Positions 10,774 through 21,830 of a DNA stretch of 33,231 nt are shown piece by piece. Source of the DNA: Octopus bimaculoides (Eukaryota); contig NC_068982.1 of NCBI RefSeq assembly GCF_001194135.2, forward strand, positions 115,971,918 to 116,005,148. The letters run 5' to 3'. Each line of letters begins with the position of its first letter. The stretch's first letter is position 1. The position numbers were made by a program, and so were the translations under genes. The notes beneath the pieces are model-generated. The model ran no database searches. It had not been told where the DNA came from and was given only the letters and a program-made list of their open reading frames with translations.

Positions 10774-12590
10774 TCTTCTCTTCTTAATTATTTGAAGTCT
10801 TCCTGTAAGTAAGGAGTTGGTTTCTGACAAAGATACAAAACTTCATCGTTGGACTGTTGTTAACAAAACTGTTATATGTTGAATTTGAGAAAAGTCTTGC
10901 ATATTTTTACTGTTACTTTTGTAATGCGCGTGTTAGCTGGCTGCTTTCTTTTCCTGAAATCCCTAGTTATTCCGGAGTGTCCCTTAAGCATTAACTAAAA
11001 CCAAGTGCACTAATTATTATTGACATGAATGTGAATTTATAATCTTGGTATAGAAGTTGGAGGTTTATAAGAATCCGCTGTTCTCTTTCACTTACAACGA
11101 GATATTCACTGCAACAGGGCAGTGACCTCAATGCCGCTACATGCTTTTTCTTGTCAGTCCTAAACAACTATATCCGATCTTTCATGTTTCCACTTGGCAG
11201 AAGATTTGATGGAAACGTTCCAATATTCGTTGTGTTGGTGTTTATGTATGCAGCCAATAACAGAAGGATCCTCTGCATTTATCCCAGATCATTCTTTGCA
11301 AATAGTATTTTATATTGTTTTAACAAAAACATCATGTTACACTAGGAGGCAGTGCTTTGATTACATTTTTAATTAGCTGCTGATTACATGCGTATTGTCT
11401 TCCAGAGAAATGTGAACATAATTGACATTTTCAGTTGCATCTTGGAGCTCCTAGGGCTTCATTGTCTCTTTTTCTTATTTATTATTTTATGGCAATCTTG
11501 GATTAAAAACGTACTGCCGTCGAAGTGTGTGAAGTGATATGGCGGTCACTTAATATTCTATCTTTAAAAAGGCGGCGAGCAGGCGAAATGCTTAGCGGAA
11601 TTTGGTCTTTGTGTTGGTGATTTTTGAATAGTTTTGTGCACTTTAAATCTTCGAAAACACAGCCAGGTGTAGTATTTTTTGGTAGAGAGTACTTCCCGAG
11701 GAACTCCTTGCCGATACGTTGGATATTGTTCTCATCACTTTTAAGCATTTATTTGTGCTGCTGTTTTTTTAACAGATACTATACGACATTCCAAGAGATA
11801 CTATACGACATTCGAATGCTGTCTCTACTGCTCTGAAGCCTCTACCTCCTTCGTCTCTTCCTTCGTAAGTCCTGTTGAAATCACTGTTTCTGTGGAAATT
11901 TCCAGTTGATGTTAATATCCTACGGGTTTTAAGTGGATTTCGTCTACAAACTAGTCAAGTATCCCAAATGTCGGTTTCACACGAACTGCAAATGCATCGT
12001 GAGATATTTTCATGTAGTTAGAGAAGAACTCAGACTGTTGTATTTTTCTAAGTCTAGTTTAATATTCTCGAGTTAATCAATTTTTGTTCCTAGCACCTTT
12101 GTAAAATATATTTTTTATCAATGTCTAGTTATTTGTAGCATTCTTTATGTGGAACAGGAGAGTTAGAGGAGAACGCTGATGCATATGCTTTGGAGTTAGT
12201 GGACTGATTTTCCACGTTCAACAATAATATACGAACACCTTTTTCGCCAAATTCCAATCCCATGTCAGTTGAAAATATTGTTATTAGCTGGGTTTTTTTT
12301 GGCATTGTAAAAATTCGTAGCATCGATCTTATGGTAACCCACATAGAAATTATGGGTTCCGTAGCTATCACTAGTAACCATAGGAATTTTGTAAAAGAAA
12401 TAATATAGGATTTAATTCCAAAATAAACAGAATGATATAGGATTTAATTCCAAAATAAACAGAAGTACAGAAAATTATCTCCGCGGAATATTTCCTTTGA
12501 GATATTTATAACATGGGAAACAATCGTCCCACTCTTAGTTGTAAGTGTGAGGATTGTTGCCTTGGTCTTTGTGAGTAACCAAATCTCTCA
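10774..12590 (-). mobile_element. 5'-truncated, decayed R4/Dong-like non-LTR retrotransposon (RT, CCHC, restriction-like endonuclease, 3' UTR)
   Basis: Minus-strand translation across frameshifts and stops gives, in order: KEIFRGDN/SVLLFILELNPISF (RT QGD region), TIFSTDMGLEFGEK, ECYK (YKYLG site), HDAFAV..PTFGILD*, KTRRILTSTGNFHRNSDFNRTYEGRDEGGRGF, KCQLC..EDNTHVISS (CCHC), EYWNVSIK..KHERSDIVV*D (PD..D REL), LYQDYKFTFMSIIISALGF, and TVKICKTFLKFNI* (stop 10872-10874). Confidence 0.88.
11570..11603 (+). mobile_element. Family A SINE head fragment inside the Dong-like LINE
   Basis: GGCGGCGAGC|AGGCGAAATGCTTAGCGG with the A-box segment deleted. Confidence 0.6.
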
Positions 12591-12870
12591 GTTCCCGATT
12601 TACTGTATTACAAAAAGAAGAATGCGTTGTTGGATGAAGGTTGTCCTAGATGCACAAAGTTTGAATAAAAGACGTGACGGTTAAGGCTACATCTTTTTTA
12701 AACAGACGTTTTCTCAATCAGAGTTGACCTGAGCCTAAAAAAAACAAACAACAAATGCTGTTTTGTCTATGCAGATGATTTAAAATATCTCCAAGAGATA
12801 ACATCCAATTGGAGAACTTACTACAAACTCTACATATAATCAGTATGGATATAAAACTAAGTATGGAATT

Positions 12871-12982
12871 AAATAAATAAGCCAAAAATACTGTAAAAAG
12901 TGGTAAATAAATAAATAAGGCAAAACTACTGTAAAAGGTGGTAATTTTACTACTGTAATTTTAATACTGTAAAAAGTGGTAA
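12871..12982. repeat. Degenerate ~38-bp tandem repeat (core TACTGTAAAAAGTGGTAA)
   Basis: Units at 12871 and 12909, partial third at 12963. Confidence 0.75.
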
Positions 12983-13380
12983 ATTGATAAAGATAAAGAC
13001 AGGCAACTTAAATTTAGACACTGAAACCAGAAACTTAAAACAAAATCATCTCAAAATATTTTAGAGTAGATGAAACTGATACGATAGCAAACACAGAAAT
13101 GTAAGAGAGATTAATAAATCGCATTTCAGAAGAATCAGAATTTAGTAGTGAACTCAGTACCAAAAATAATTATATTTATAAATAAACAAACCATCGTAGG
13201 TATAGACTACAGCTTTACTGTAATTAGGCGTTAACTGAAGTGAAGAGCACAATCAGGAAAACTAATAGAACTATTCATGGAATCCCGAAGTCAGCATTGT
13301 AAAGCAAGATAAAGTAAACTAATTAAACCATACATTTTCTCAATATATAAACGATGAATTGGGAAGCCAGGATATAGTTA

Positions 13381-13600
13381 AATAATCCTTTCTACTATAG
13401 GCACAAGGCCTGAAAATTTGGGGGAGGGGACTGGTTGAATATATCGACCCAGTAATCAACTGGTACTTAGTTTATCGACCCCAAAAGGATGAAAGGCAAA
13501 GTCGACCGCGGCGGAATTTGAACTCAGAATGTCTTTAAGACGGACGAAATGCCACTACGCATTTTGCCCGGTGCGCTAACGATTCTGCCAGCTCGCCGCA
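13381..13600 (-). mobile_element. SINE family A, full length
   Basis: AATAATCCTTTCTACTATAGGCACAAGG tail through CTGCCAGCTCGCCGC head. Confidence 0.9.
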
Positions 13601-15429
13601 TTGACATAATCAAATAATGACGACAGATCAAATAAAGTTTTTAAAAAAATTAAAACGATAACAGATAAAAGTGAAACTCAGAAAAAATATTGGAAAATAC
13701 TAAAGAAATAAATCTTGTCCTTGTCAGTATACTGCAAGATTAAAAGTTAAAATCAAATAAAGATTATGGTTGAACCTANNNNNNNNNNNNNNNNNNNNNN
13801 NNNNNNNNNNNNNNNNNNNNNNNNNNNNNNNNNNNNNNNNNNNNNNNNNNNNNNNNNNNNNNNNNNNNNNNNNNNNNNNNNNNNNNNNNNNNNNNNNNNN
13901 NNNNNNNNNNNNNNNNNNNNNNNNNNNNNNNNNNNNNNNNNNNNNNNNNNNNNNNNNNNNNNNNNNNNNNNNNNNNNNNNNNNNNNNNNNNNNNNNNNNN
14001 NNNNNNNNNNNNNNNNNNNNNNNNNNNNNNNNNNNNNNNNNNNNNNNNNNNNNNNNNNNNNNNNNNNNNNNNNNNNNNNNNNNNNNNNNNNNNNNNNNNN
14101 NNNNNNNNNNNNNNNNNNNNNNNNNNNNNNNNNNNNNNNNNNNNNNNNNNNNNNNNNNNNNNNNNNNNNNNNNNNNNNNNNNNNNNNNNNNNNNNNNNNN
14201 NNNNNNNNNNNNNNNNNNNNNNNNNNNNNNNNNNNNNNNNNNNNNNNNNNNNNNNNNNNNNNNNNNNNNNNNNNNNNNNNNNNNNNNNNNNNNNNNNNNN
14301 NNNNNNNNNNNNNNNNNNNNNNNNNNNNNNNNNNNNNNNNNNNNNNNNNNNNNNNNNNNNNNNNNNNNNNNNNNNNNTATATTAATTATCCGTTATTTTA
14401 AATTTTCTTGACAATTTTTAATTATATTTTATGTAAACACTATGAATGTAGATCATCTGTAATATTTACCATCTCGAAGTTTTGCAGAAATGTATATGAC
14501 CGGAGTGAACATGGACACTTGGCCATGCAGCCCACAATTTTACTATTTTGCATTCCACCCTCAACTCCCACCGGCTTTAGTTTTCATTACAAATGTCAAC
14601 CAGCACATAAGCATAGAAAAGTCTTTTCTCCTTTTCACACACTCTACGTTCGTTACGAAAATGTGTTCGTTTTTTCCTTTTCATCTATTTTTCTGCTTTT
14701 CTTGCTCGAACCTTTCTCTGTATACTTCCCTATAGCGACCACACGTACTTAACGCTGAGACACAGAGTGTTTGCCAGCAGGCTGCGATTTGGCATGGTTG
14801 AGATTACTCAGTCGAAATGCCGGGTGTTAAAACACCTGAAAGTCATGGACAAGCGCAACAACTCATCCCAAATTCCATTCAGAAGTGATAGACATCGATG
14901 CTTTATTATTTTTATGGCTTATAAACATTTCGTACGCGAACCGAATCAGAGGTAAATGGCATCGCCAGTCCACGGCTTACATGCATAAAATATAAAACTT
15001 TGTGCTGGTATGGCCCGACAGTGCATACGTAAGAATAAATCCAATTACGGAATAGAAGCAGCGCTCGTGTAATATTCATCATCGACCACACGTACTTGAC
15101 GCATATATTTCCTTATATATATTCAGAATAGCAAATCACTAATACCGTACTTCATACTTAATCTGAGGCTTGCTAGCGTTAAGTTTGAATAACCAGATGT
15201 TCATGTGGAGTAGTTTGAATGAAGCCTTGTCTGATAGACTCTTAAAATTGTTTGAAAGCCAGCACGACGCAAATTTGAAGTAAAGGAACATAAAGAGCGA
15301 TAAGAAACACATGACCACTTTCCTCCAACCAAATTTCTGACAGCGCGCTTAAATTGGAAACTATTCTTCAAATTATCTGAGTCAGCAGGGCGACGAATAG
15401 ACTGACTTGCAGAAAGTAAATGGTTTCGG

Positions 15430-15570
15430 ATTTTTACGCTCTAAAGTTAAATATAACCTCTGGGGTCGATAAAATAAAGTACCTGTCAAATACTGAGATA
15501 AACTGAGTCGATGAATACCCTCCTTCCAAATTGCTATCCTTTCCCCTAAATTAGAAATTATTATTATAAC
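15430..15570 (+). mobile_element. Diverged family-A-related SINE fragment
   Basis: GGGGTCGATAAAATAAGTACC..AAATTAGAAATTATTATT. Confidence 0.55.
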
Positions 15571-16388
15571 TGAACGTGAAGTCACGATTTTGGAATGTTT
15601 TGCCGGATTATATTTGTTGTCGCTTTTACCCATTCAGAAAATATTTTTCCTGTGAATGTGCTCCGATTTGGTTTGCAACTGACAATTCTCATTAAAAAAA
15701 AAAAAAAAAAAAATGCTTATTTTAATATAGCGTCGCTTGTTTACATAAACAATAAAGACAGTAAAGGAAGCGCAAACAGTAACAGGAAAGTAGAGATAAA
15801 ATGTCAATAAAGCAACAAAGAGGAAAAAATATGTGATTTCCAGCAGTGTGGTAGCAGCAGCGACGTTACGCCTGACAAATTGACTGTCAACTCCACCACC
15901 ATCACCTGTATAAACAGCTGAAGATGGTGGCAGCGACGATAGCATAGAAAACGTTAAAAAAAATAAAAAAATTCTGATAGTAGAAGCTTGATGTCTTTAG
16001 ATAAGTTGTCTTCTACCTTAGCTTGGTGAGTAATATTTAGTAGACGGAAACTGTGCTTAATATAAACATGCAGCAGGCTACTTTGAAGTATTTTTTCTAC
16101 TTCACTACGTACCACATCACAGTAAAATTAATCAACAATCATCTCTCAGTGAATTAGGCGATTTCTGAAAAGCATTAAATCAAAAATATTCATTTATTGT
16201 TCATTTAAATTACGCTAGTTTTTGCATTTCATAAATGTCGTTACGAAGAGATGGTGTTACAGGTGAGGCTCATAGGCAGCCATAGCTAGCAGATCATATG
16301 ACTAACATAGCAACATTCTCATTGGCTGTGATATTAGTATGTTATCACATTGGTTCAGTAGTCTTCATTAAGCAGCACACAGTCAGCT

Positions 16389-16501
16389 GTCAGGATGGCC
16401 GAGCGGTCTAAGGCGCCAGACTCAAGGTGTGTTACCTTAACCAGAACATAGAGTATTCTGGTCCACGAATGTGGGCGTGGGTTCGAATCCCACTTCTGAC
16501 A
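16389..16501 (+). tRNA. tRNA-Leu(CAA) with 29-nt intron (16427-16455)
   Basis: GTCAGGATGGCCGAGCGGTCTAAGGCGCCAGACT-CAA-G | intron | TTCTGG-TCCACGAATGTGGGC-GTGGGTTCGAATCCCACTTCTGACA. Acceptor, D, anticodon (CCAGA/TCTGG), long variable and T arms all pair. Anticodon is 16423-16425; intron is at the canonical 37/38 position; C32 can pair with intron G(-3). An oligo-T terminator follows at ~16505-16515. Confidence 0.97.
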
Positions 16502-16504
16502 GAA

Positions 16505-16515
16505 ATTTTTTTTTT
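16505..16515 (+). terminator. RNA Pol III oligo-T terminator of the + strand tRNA-Leu
   Basis: T-run starting 4 nt after the discriminator base. Confidence 0.85.
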
Positions 16516-17271
16516 AATTCTAATCGTCAGAGGAAATGATATAACAACATTTATATTACCAAGTAAAACATTTTTATCCATGCATTTATTCATGGGTACA
16601 TTCTATTTCTTCAATTATTTCACTTTAGGATGCAATTTCATGGTCGTAGAAGTTTTAATATAAAATTCTTGTTCATTATCATCATCACCCCCACCCCATC
16701 ATCATCATCATCATTATCGTCATTTAATGTCCATGTTCCTTACTGGTATGGATTAGACGTTAGGAAGAGTATCCAACCATATAAAACCTACCCAAAGCCG
16801 ACATTGGGGCCCGATGCAATCTTCTCACCCATCAGATTCTGTCAAATCGTCTAACCCTTACCAGCACGAAACACGGACATAAAATGCTACTGCTGCTGCT
16901 GCTCAACCATAAGATTTTTCAAGCATAAATTTTTATCCTAAAGAGAAATAATGAAAGAAAGGAACAAAATTCCTGCCTTCGATGCAGGATTCAAACTTTA
17001 CAAGAAGAAATATTTCTTCAAGCAATTCCTTTTAAGGGACAGCTTTTATAGTCTTAGAGTGAAAGTGACAGAAAAATATTCTATATAAGCCGCGGATGTC
17101 GCTTAGGTTCCCAAGTTGCCAATGACTCGCATATTACGATGTCAGCATTTTTCACCCAAACCACCATAAAATCGATGTATTTACTCGGTAAAACATAAAT
17201 TCGTTAGTCATACTAGATAATCTTTTTGTGGAGTGTTCGTATCGAATGCATAGGTCTTTGTAAGTGAAAGA

Positions 17272-17302
<31 letters not shown>

Positions 17303-17319
17303 ATAATAATAATAATAAT

Positions 17320-17530
17320 TTCTACTAAAAGCACAAGGCCTGAAATTTTGAGGGAGGGGACTAGTCAATTACATCGATTCCAGTATTTCACTGGTACTTA
17401 ATTTATCGACCCCGAAAGGATGAATGGCAAAGTCGACCTCGGCGGAATTTGAACTCAGAACGTAGTGACCTGCGAAATACCGCTAAGCATTTCGTCCAGC
17501 GTGCTAACGATTCTGTCAATTCGCCGCTTT
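17320..17530 (-). mobile_element. tRNA-derived SINE family A, array copy 1 (tail type TAGTAGAAA)
   Basis: Minus: head GCGGCGAATTGACAGAATCGTTAG (A box), GAGTTCAAATTCC (B box), body GGGGTCGATAAATTAAGTACCAG, tail GCCTTGTGCTTTTAGTAGAAA-(ATT)n. Confidence 0.9.
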
Positions 17531-17550
17531 AATAATAATAATAATGATAA

Positions 17551-17763
17551 TGATTTCAAATTTTAGCACAAGGCCAGCAATTTCGGGGGAGGGAGCAAGT
17601 CGATTACATCGACCCTAGTATTTAACTGGTACTTATTTTATCGACCCCGAAAAGATGAAAGGCAAAGTTGATCTCGGCGGAGTTTGAACTGGGAACGTGA
17701 AGACGGACGAAATATCGTTAAGCATTTCGCTCGGCGTGCTCAAAATTCTGCCAGCTCGCCGCC

Positions 17764-17765
<2 letters not shown>
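17551..17765 (-). mobile_element. SINE family A, array copy 2 (tail type AAAATTTGAAA)
   Basis: Full head AAGGCGGCGAGCTGGCAGAA; same body; (AAT)n on both sides. Confidence 0.9.
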
Positions 17766-17827
<62 letters not shown>

Positions 17828-17829
<2 letters not shown>

Positions 17830-17988
17830 GTTTCAAATTTTGCCACAAGGGCAGCAATGTTGGAGGAGGGAATGAGTCGATTACATCGACTCCAGTGTTT
17901 AACTGGTACTTATTTTATCGACCCTGAAAGGCTGAAAGGCAAAGTTGACCTCGGCGGAATTTTAAACTCAGAACGTAGCGACGGCGAA
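17828..17988 (-). mobile_element. SINE family A, array copy 3 (5'-truncated)
   Basis: Body and tail present, A box missing; (AAT)n on both sides. Confidence 0.85.
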
Positions 17989-18013
17989 GTACATTAATAA
18001 TAATAATAATAAT

Positions 18014-18198
18014 CCTTTCTACTATAGGCACAAGGCCTGAATTTGGGGGGATATTTCACTGGTACTTAATTTATCGACCCCGAAAGGATGAAAGACAAAA
18101 TCGACTTCGGTGGAATTTGAACTGAGAACGTGAAGACTGACGAAATACCGCTAAGCATTTCGCCCGGTGTGCCAATGATTCTGTCAGCTTGGTGTCTT
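18014..18198 (-). mobile_element. SINE family A, array copy 4 (internal deletion)
   Basis: Tail CCTTTCTACTATAGGCACAAGG on +; body lacks the GTCGAT..GAC block; head ends at ~18198 before the compound microsatellite. Confidence 0.85.
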
Positions 18199-18201
18199 AT
18201 T

Positions 18202-18504
<303 letters not shown>

Positions 18505-18706
18505 TCTGACATGTACATGTTAACACTTCGTACCTGCGAATAAATATGGATATACTGAACAATTCTACGTAAAAAAATCATATTCTAAAATGAATTGATT
18601 AAAGAAATAAATATGATAACAGTGTGTGTAACTGGATGCCACGAATAAATATGGGGTTCAAAATTGGTTTTAAAAAATGCCCCCGCATACTCTGATATTT
18701 AGCATT

Positions 18707-18716
18707 AAAAAAAAAA
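18707..18716 (-). terminator. RNA Pol III oligo-T terminator of the - strand tRNA-Leu
   Basis: A-run on the + strand ~6 nt beyond the gene's 3' end. Confidence 0.85.
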
Positions 18717-18722
18717 GCTTTC

Positions 18723-18835
18723 TGTCAGAAGTGGGATTCGAACCCACGCCCACATTCGTGGACCAGAATACTCTACGTTCTGGTTAAGGTAACACACCTT
18801 GAGTCTGGCGCCTTAGACCGCTCGGCCATCCTGAC
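18723..18835 (-). tRNA. tRNA-Leu(CAA) with 29-nt intron, second copy
   Basis: Reverse complement is identical to 16389-16501 except one intron base (CATAG vs CGTAG). An oligo-A run at ~18707-18716 gives the minus-strand terminator. Confidence 0.97.
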
Positions 18836-19251
18836 AGTTGACTGCTTGCTGCTTAATGAAGACTACTGAACCAATGTGATAAGCTAAGTCTCTGAAAGTG
18901 TTTCTAAATCAGTCGCGTGATCTTGTCTATTTCTTACTTGTTAGGTTGTCGTTATATTCCAGTTTCCGCAAACAATAAATGAATGGGTAAACTTTTATTA
19001 GATTATTCTCTGCTCTGTTTTTAGAAGTAGACTAGTTTACTCAAGATTACTGATCAGTCTTAGACTTGTATAGAAGATAGTTTTGTGAGAGAAATAGTTC
19101 AAACAGTTCTGTTGCAACACGTTTGTATTACATGACTGACATTGAAACATCTGTGGTTTCTGCATTAGCGAGTCCCTTGACCGAAAATAAATGCATTGAT
19201 TCACTGGTATTATATTTCTGTATTTCTAGCATATCATTTGATGTAACCATT

Positions 19252-19366
19252 GTCTCGGTGGCCGCCAAAACTCCGGGACTCACGTTACTGATACTTGTAC
19301 CTTAACCAGAGCTTCTGGTATTCTGTTTCACAAGTGTATATGTGGGTTCGAATTACATACACTTGA
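19252..19366 (+). pseudogene. Decayed intron-containing tRNA-Leu pseudogene
   Basis: Colinear anchors to the intact gene: GTCtcGgTGGCCG, GACTCAcG (anticodon site now CAC, 19281-19283), exact intron 12-mer ACCTTAACCAGA (19299-19310), GTATTCTG, GTGGGTTCGAAT (19342-19353). D-loop partly deleted; stems broken. Confidence 0.75.
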
Positions 19367-19567
19367 AGCATATGCAACAAAAATACTTAAACCACATTAG
19401 AGAATAGTCCTGGCAAGTGCCGAAGACAATGACAATGTAGTCGTAATCTCTGCTTGAAAAAAATAACACCAAACTACATTTTGTCATGTAGCAGCACTGA
19501 AGTTTTGTGACAAAATCCCGCAAGGCCGTAATTTGTCGTAATTTCGTTTCCCAACAAGGACATGGAA

Positions 19568-19654
19568 CTTAAGTAAATAGAGTTACGCACTGGGGTCAAT
19601 GAAATCGACTAACCCCTCCCCCAAATTGCAGGCCTTGTGCTTATAGTAGAAAGG

Positions 19655-19657
<3 letters not shown>
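19568..19657 (+). mobile_element. SINE family A 3' fragment running into (ATT)n/(CAT)n
   Basis: CTGGGGTCAAT..CCCCTCCCCCAAATTGCAGGCCTTGTGCTTATAGTAGAAAGGATT. Confidence 0.8.
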
Positions 19658-19747
<90 letters not shown>

Positions 19748-19763
19748 GTCATCATCATCATCG

Positions 19764-19789
<26 letters not shown>

Positions 19790-19794
<5 letters not shown>

Positions 19795-20040
19795 GAGAGA
19801 GCAGTGCATGCCATCAAAGTGACACTGGGGTAAAAAAAAAAATACGAAGCCCAAGCTACTCATCATGACAACCCATCTGATAAGGGTACACCAGGCACGT
19901 GCATCACAACCAGATGTGCGCGACATGGTCATCTCATATCAAGATAAACAGCGCATGACCTTGCAGTAGGGTCCCAGTTAGAATTTTCTTCAGGTTGAGT
20001 AGCCCATCCAGCTCAAAAGGTCCTTGAATAAGGGTTGTTA
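19790..20040. repeat. Interspersed repeat fragment (probable retroposon 3' portion) next to (CAT)n
   Basis: GC-richer block abutting a trinucleotide tail; family not resolved. Confidence 0.35.
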
Positions 20041-20352
20041 ACTTGTAGGTCAAGAGACTTTTTGAATTTCTGACTAAGCTTCATGACTGAAGCTTGCTTA
20101 GAGTCTTCATACTTCAGTGCAGTTCGTAAGAGCACATCACGTGTTGTATTAAGGCACGTTCACCAGATAACAAATGGCACTCTTCTTTTAATTTTGACTC
20201 TATATCTTCAGGAGGAGTTACCTCAATCCTTTCTATATTAACCAAAATGAAGTAGATTGACAAATTTATTTTTTGAACCAGTTGAAGACACACGAGATGT
20301 CGAAATATCGTTCACCAGATAACAAATGGCACTCTTCTTTTAATTTTGACTC

Positions 20353-20400
<48 letters not shown>

Positions 20401-20402
<2 letters not shown>

Positions 20403-20466
20403 GGCGGTGAGCTGGCAGAATCGTTAGCACGCCGGGCAAAATGCTTAGCGGCATTTTTCGTCCGAT
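20401..20466 (+). mobile_element. SINE family A head fragment after (TAT)n
   Basis: TAGGCGGTGAGCTGGCAGAATCGTTAGCACGCCGGGCAAAATGCTTAGCGGCATT. Confidence 0.85.
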
Positions 20467-20599
20467 CCAAGTGCTCCAGCCACAGTTGGTACCACTCTTG
20501 CTTTGATATTCCACGTTCTCTTGATATTCTTAAGTCTACATATTTTACGATTTTCTGCTTTTCGTTACCATTGATGTGGGCAAGCTACATCGTTCAACA

Positions 20600-21830
20600 T
20601 ACATTTCCTTACGGTACTTTTCTCTGTTATGTCTGACCTCGTATATTCAAGAACTCCCCAGTGGGCCTTTGCCCATGGGAAATTAGGCGAAAATGGCATT
20701 GGTCATTATCTGGCATGCAAATATCCCAGCTAAAGTGTCTTCCTAATGTTTCATCTATCCTTCACCTTTTGAATCGCAAACTTCTTGTTAGATCATACCA
20801 TCGTAGTATGTGCTCACGGATCCCTCCCAGTTATTCTATTTAATCTAGTGTATTCCGAGGTTCGAACCCCCACCAGCCTTCAATATTCTTCCTGTACATC
20901 AACGACCAGCTGAGTGTTACGTTTAACAACACCCATTCCTATGTAGATATTGCCCTTTTCTCGCCACTAATAGTCTGTACATAAACATCATCCAACTACA
21001 ATTTTATACCTCACATCACACCTGCGGTGCATCCTTGAACGGGGACCTCGAAAACATCCCTAATTGTGTCCTATTGATCTTGTCTCTTCCAGCAGCATAA
21101 AACACAAGTATTACAAATATCAAGGAAGCACTTGTACTTTAACACTTATACTTATGAACAACACACATGTAAAGCCTTCAAAGTCACTACAAATGCTGGG
21201 CCAGGCCATTGCTAATGTAGATATGGGTTCGAATTACACACTTATCATTTTCACCCGGTAATCTTACATCCAGGTCATAGAAGAAGATGTCTGTGTTCCA
21301 AAGATTGGAACTTCAGCTCCTAATATCTGTTAGCCTTCTACGAAGCTCATATATTACTGCCGCACGTGGGACGGTGCTACTGTTACATACAAAACATCTT
21401 AGACTGCATTTCCCTAACAGATTACACAATTTATTATTATGAAGTCACTGGTCAACACACATAACAATAAATTAACCTCTGAACCACAAACGTGCTACCC
21501 CTCATTCAGCCTTTTCTGCTGCCTCTGCAATGGTTTCTGCTCTTCGACTCTAGCTGCTGTCATTCCACTTCCACCCGAAAACACCAAACTTACTCTTCTC
21601 TCATAATCTCATTCCCCAGTTGTGCTCTCTCTCACAAGACCTACACAAACCGCTAAGTCTACCCAATCCTTCCTTCTCGTAATGTCATACTCCTGAAATT
21701 TTCTCCTTGCCCATGTTTTTCTGCGATCGTCAATTTGTAGTTTTCAAAAACATCAACCACATCGGTATCACTAATCTCCGAGGACCCGTGAGCTTCAAGG
21801 TTGCAGCTCCCTCCTCCTTAACAAAACTTT
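20600..21830 (+). mobile_element. Highly decayed APE-type LINE (CR1/L2/Jockey group) RT to 3' end; clade not resolved
   Basis: F*IANFLLDHTIVVCAHG, SVFRGS..IFFLYINDQLSVTFNNTHSYVD (GVPQGS/YADD region), ASLNGDLENI, PSKSLQMLG, YYCRTWDGA, SLFCCLCNGFCSSTLAAVIP and SF..*NFLLAHVF, in the expected order. Confidence 0.75.

Noticed and set aside
13766-14411. Long ORFs spanning N runs (also 4106-4573, 6519-6785, 26278-26952, 28207-28500, 29879-30160)
   Set aside because: Length comes from assembly gaps and dinucleotide repeats.
14836-14980. GAAAGTC..GGCTTA resembling RNase MRP CR-I/CR-V
   Set aside because: The P4 helix does not pair in register, spacing is short, and a T5 run lies before the nearer candidate.
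15896-15930. CCACCATC..GATGGTGG hairpin
   Set aside because: 8-bp stem of low-complexity triplets; too short for a pre-miRNA and expected by chance.
16851-16860. CTAACCCT telomerase-template-like motif (also ~3033)
   Set aside because: Lies inside interspersed repeats; no supporting structure.
21129-21243. ACTTGTACTTTAAC..GGGTTCGAATTAC resembling the 19252 tRNA relic
   Set aside because: Spacing does not fit, and the segment translates in register as part of the LINE RT region (PSKSLQMLG).
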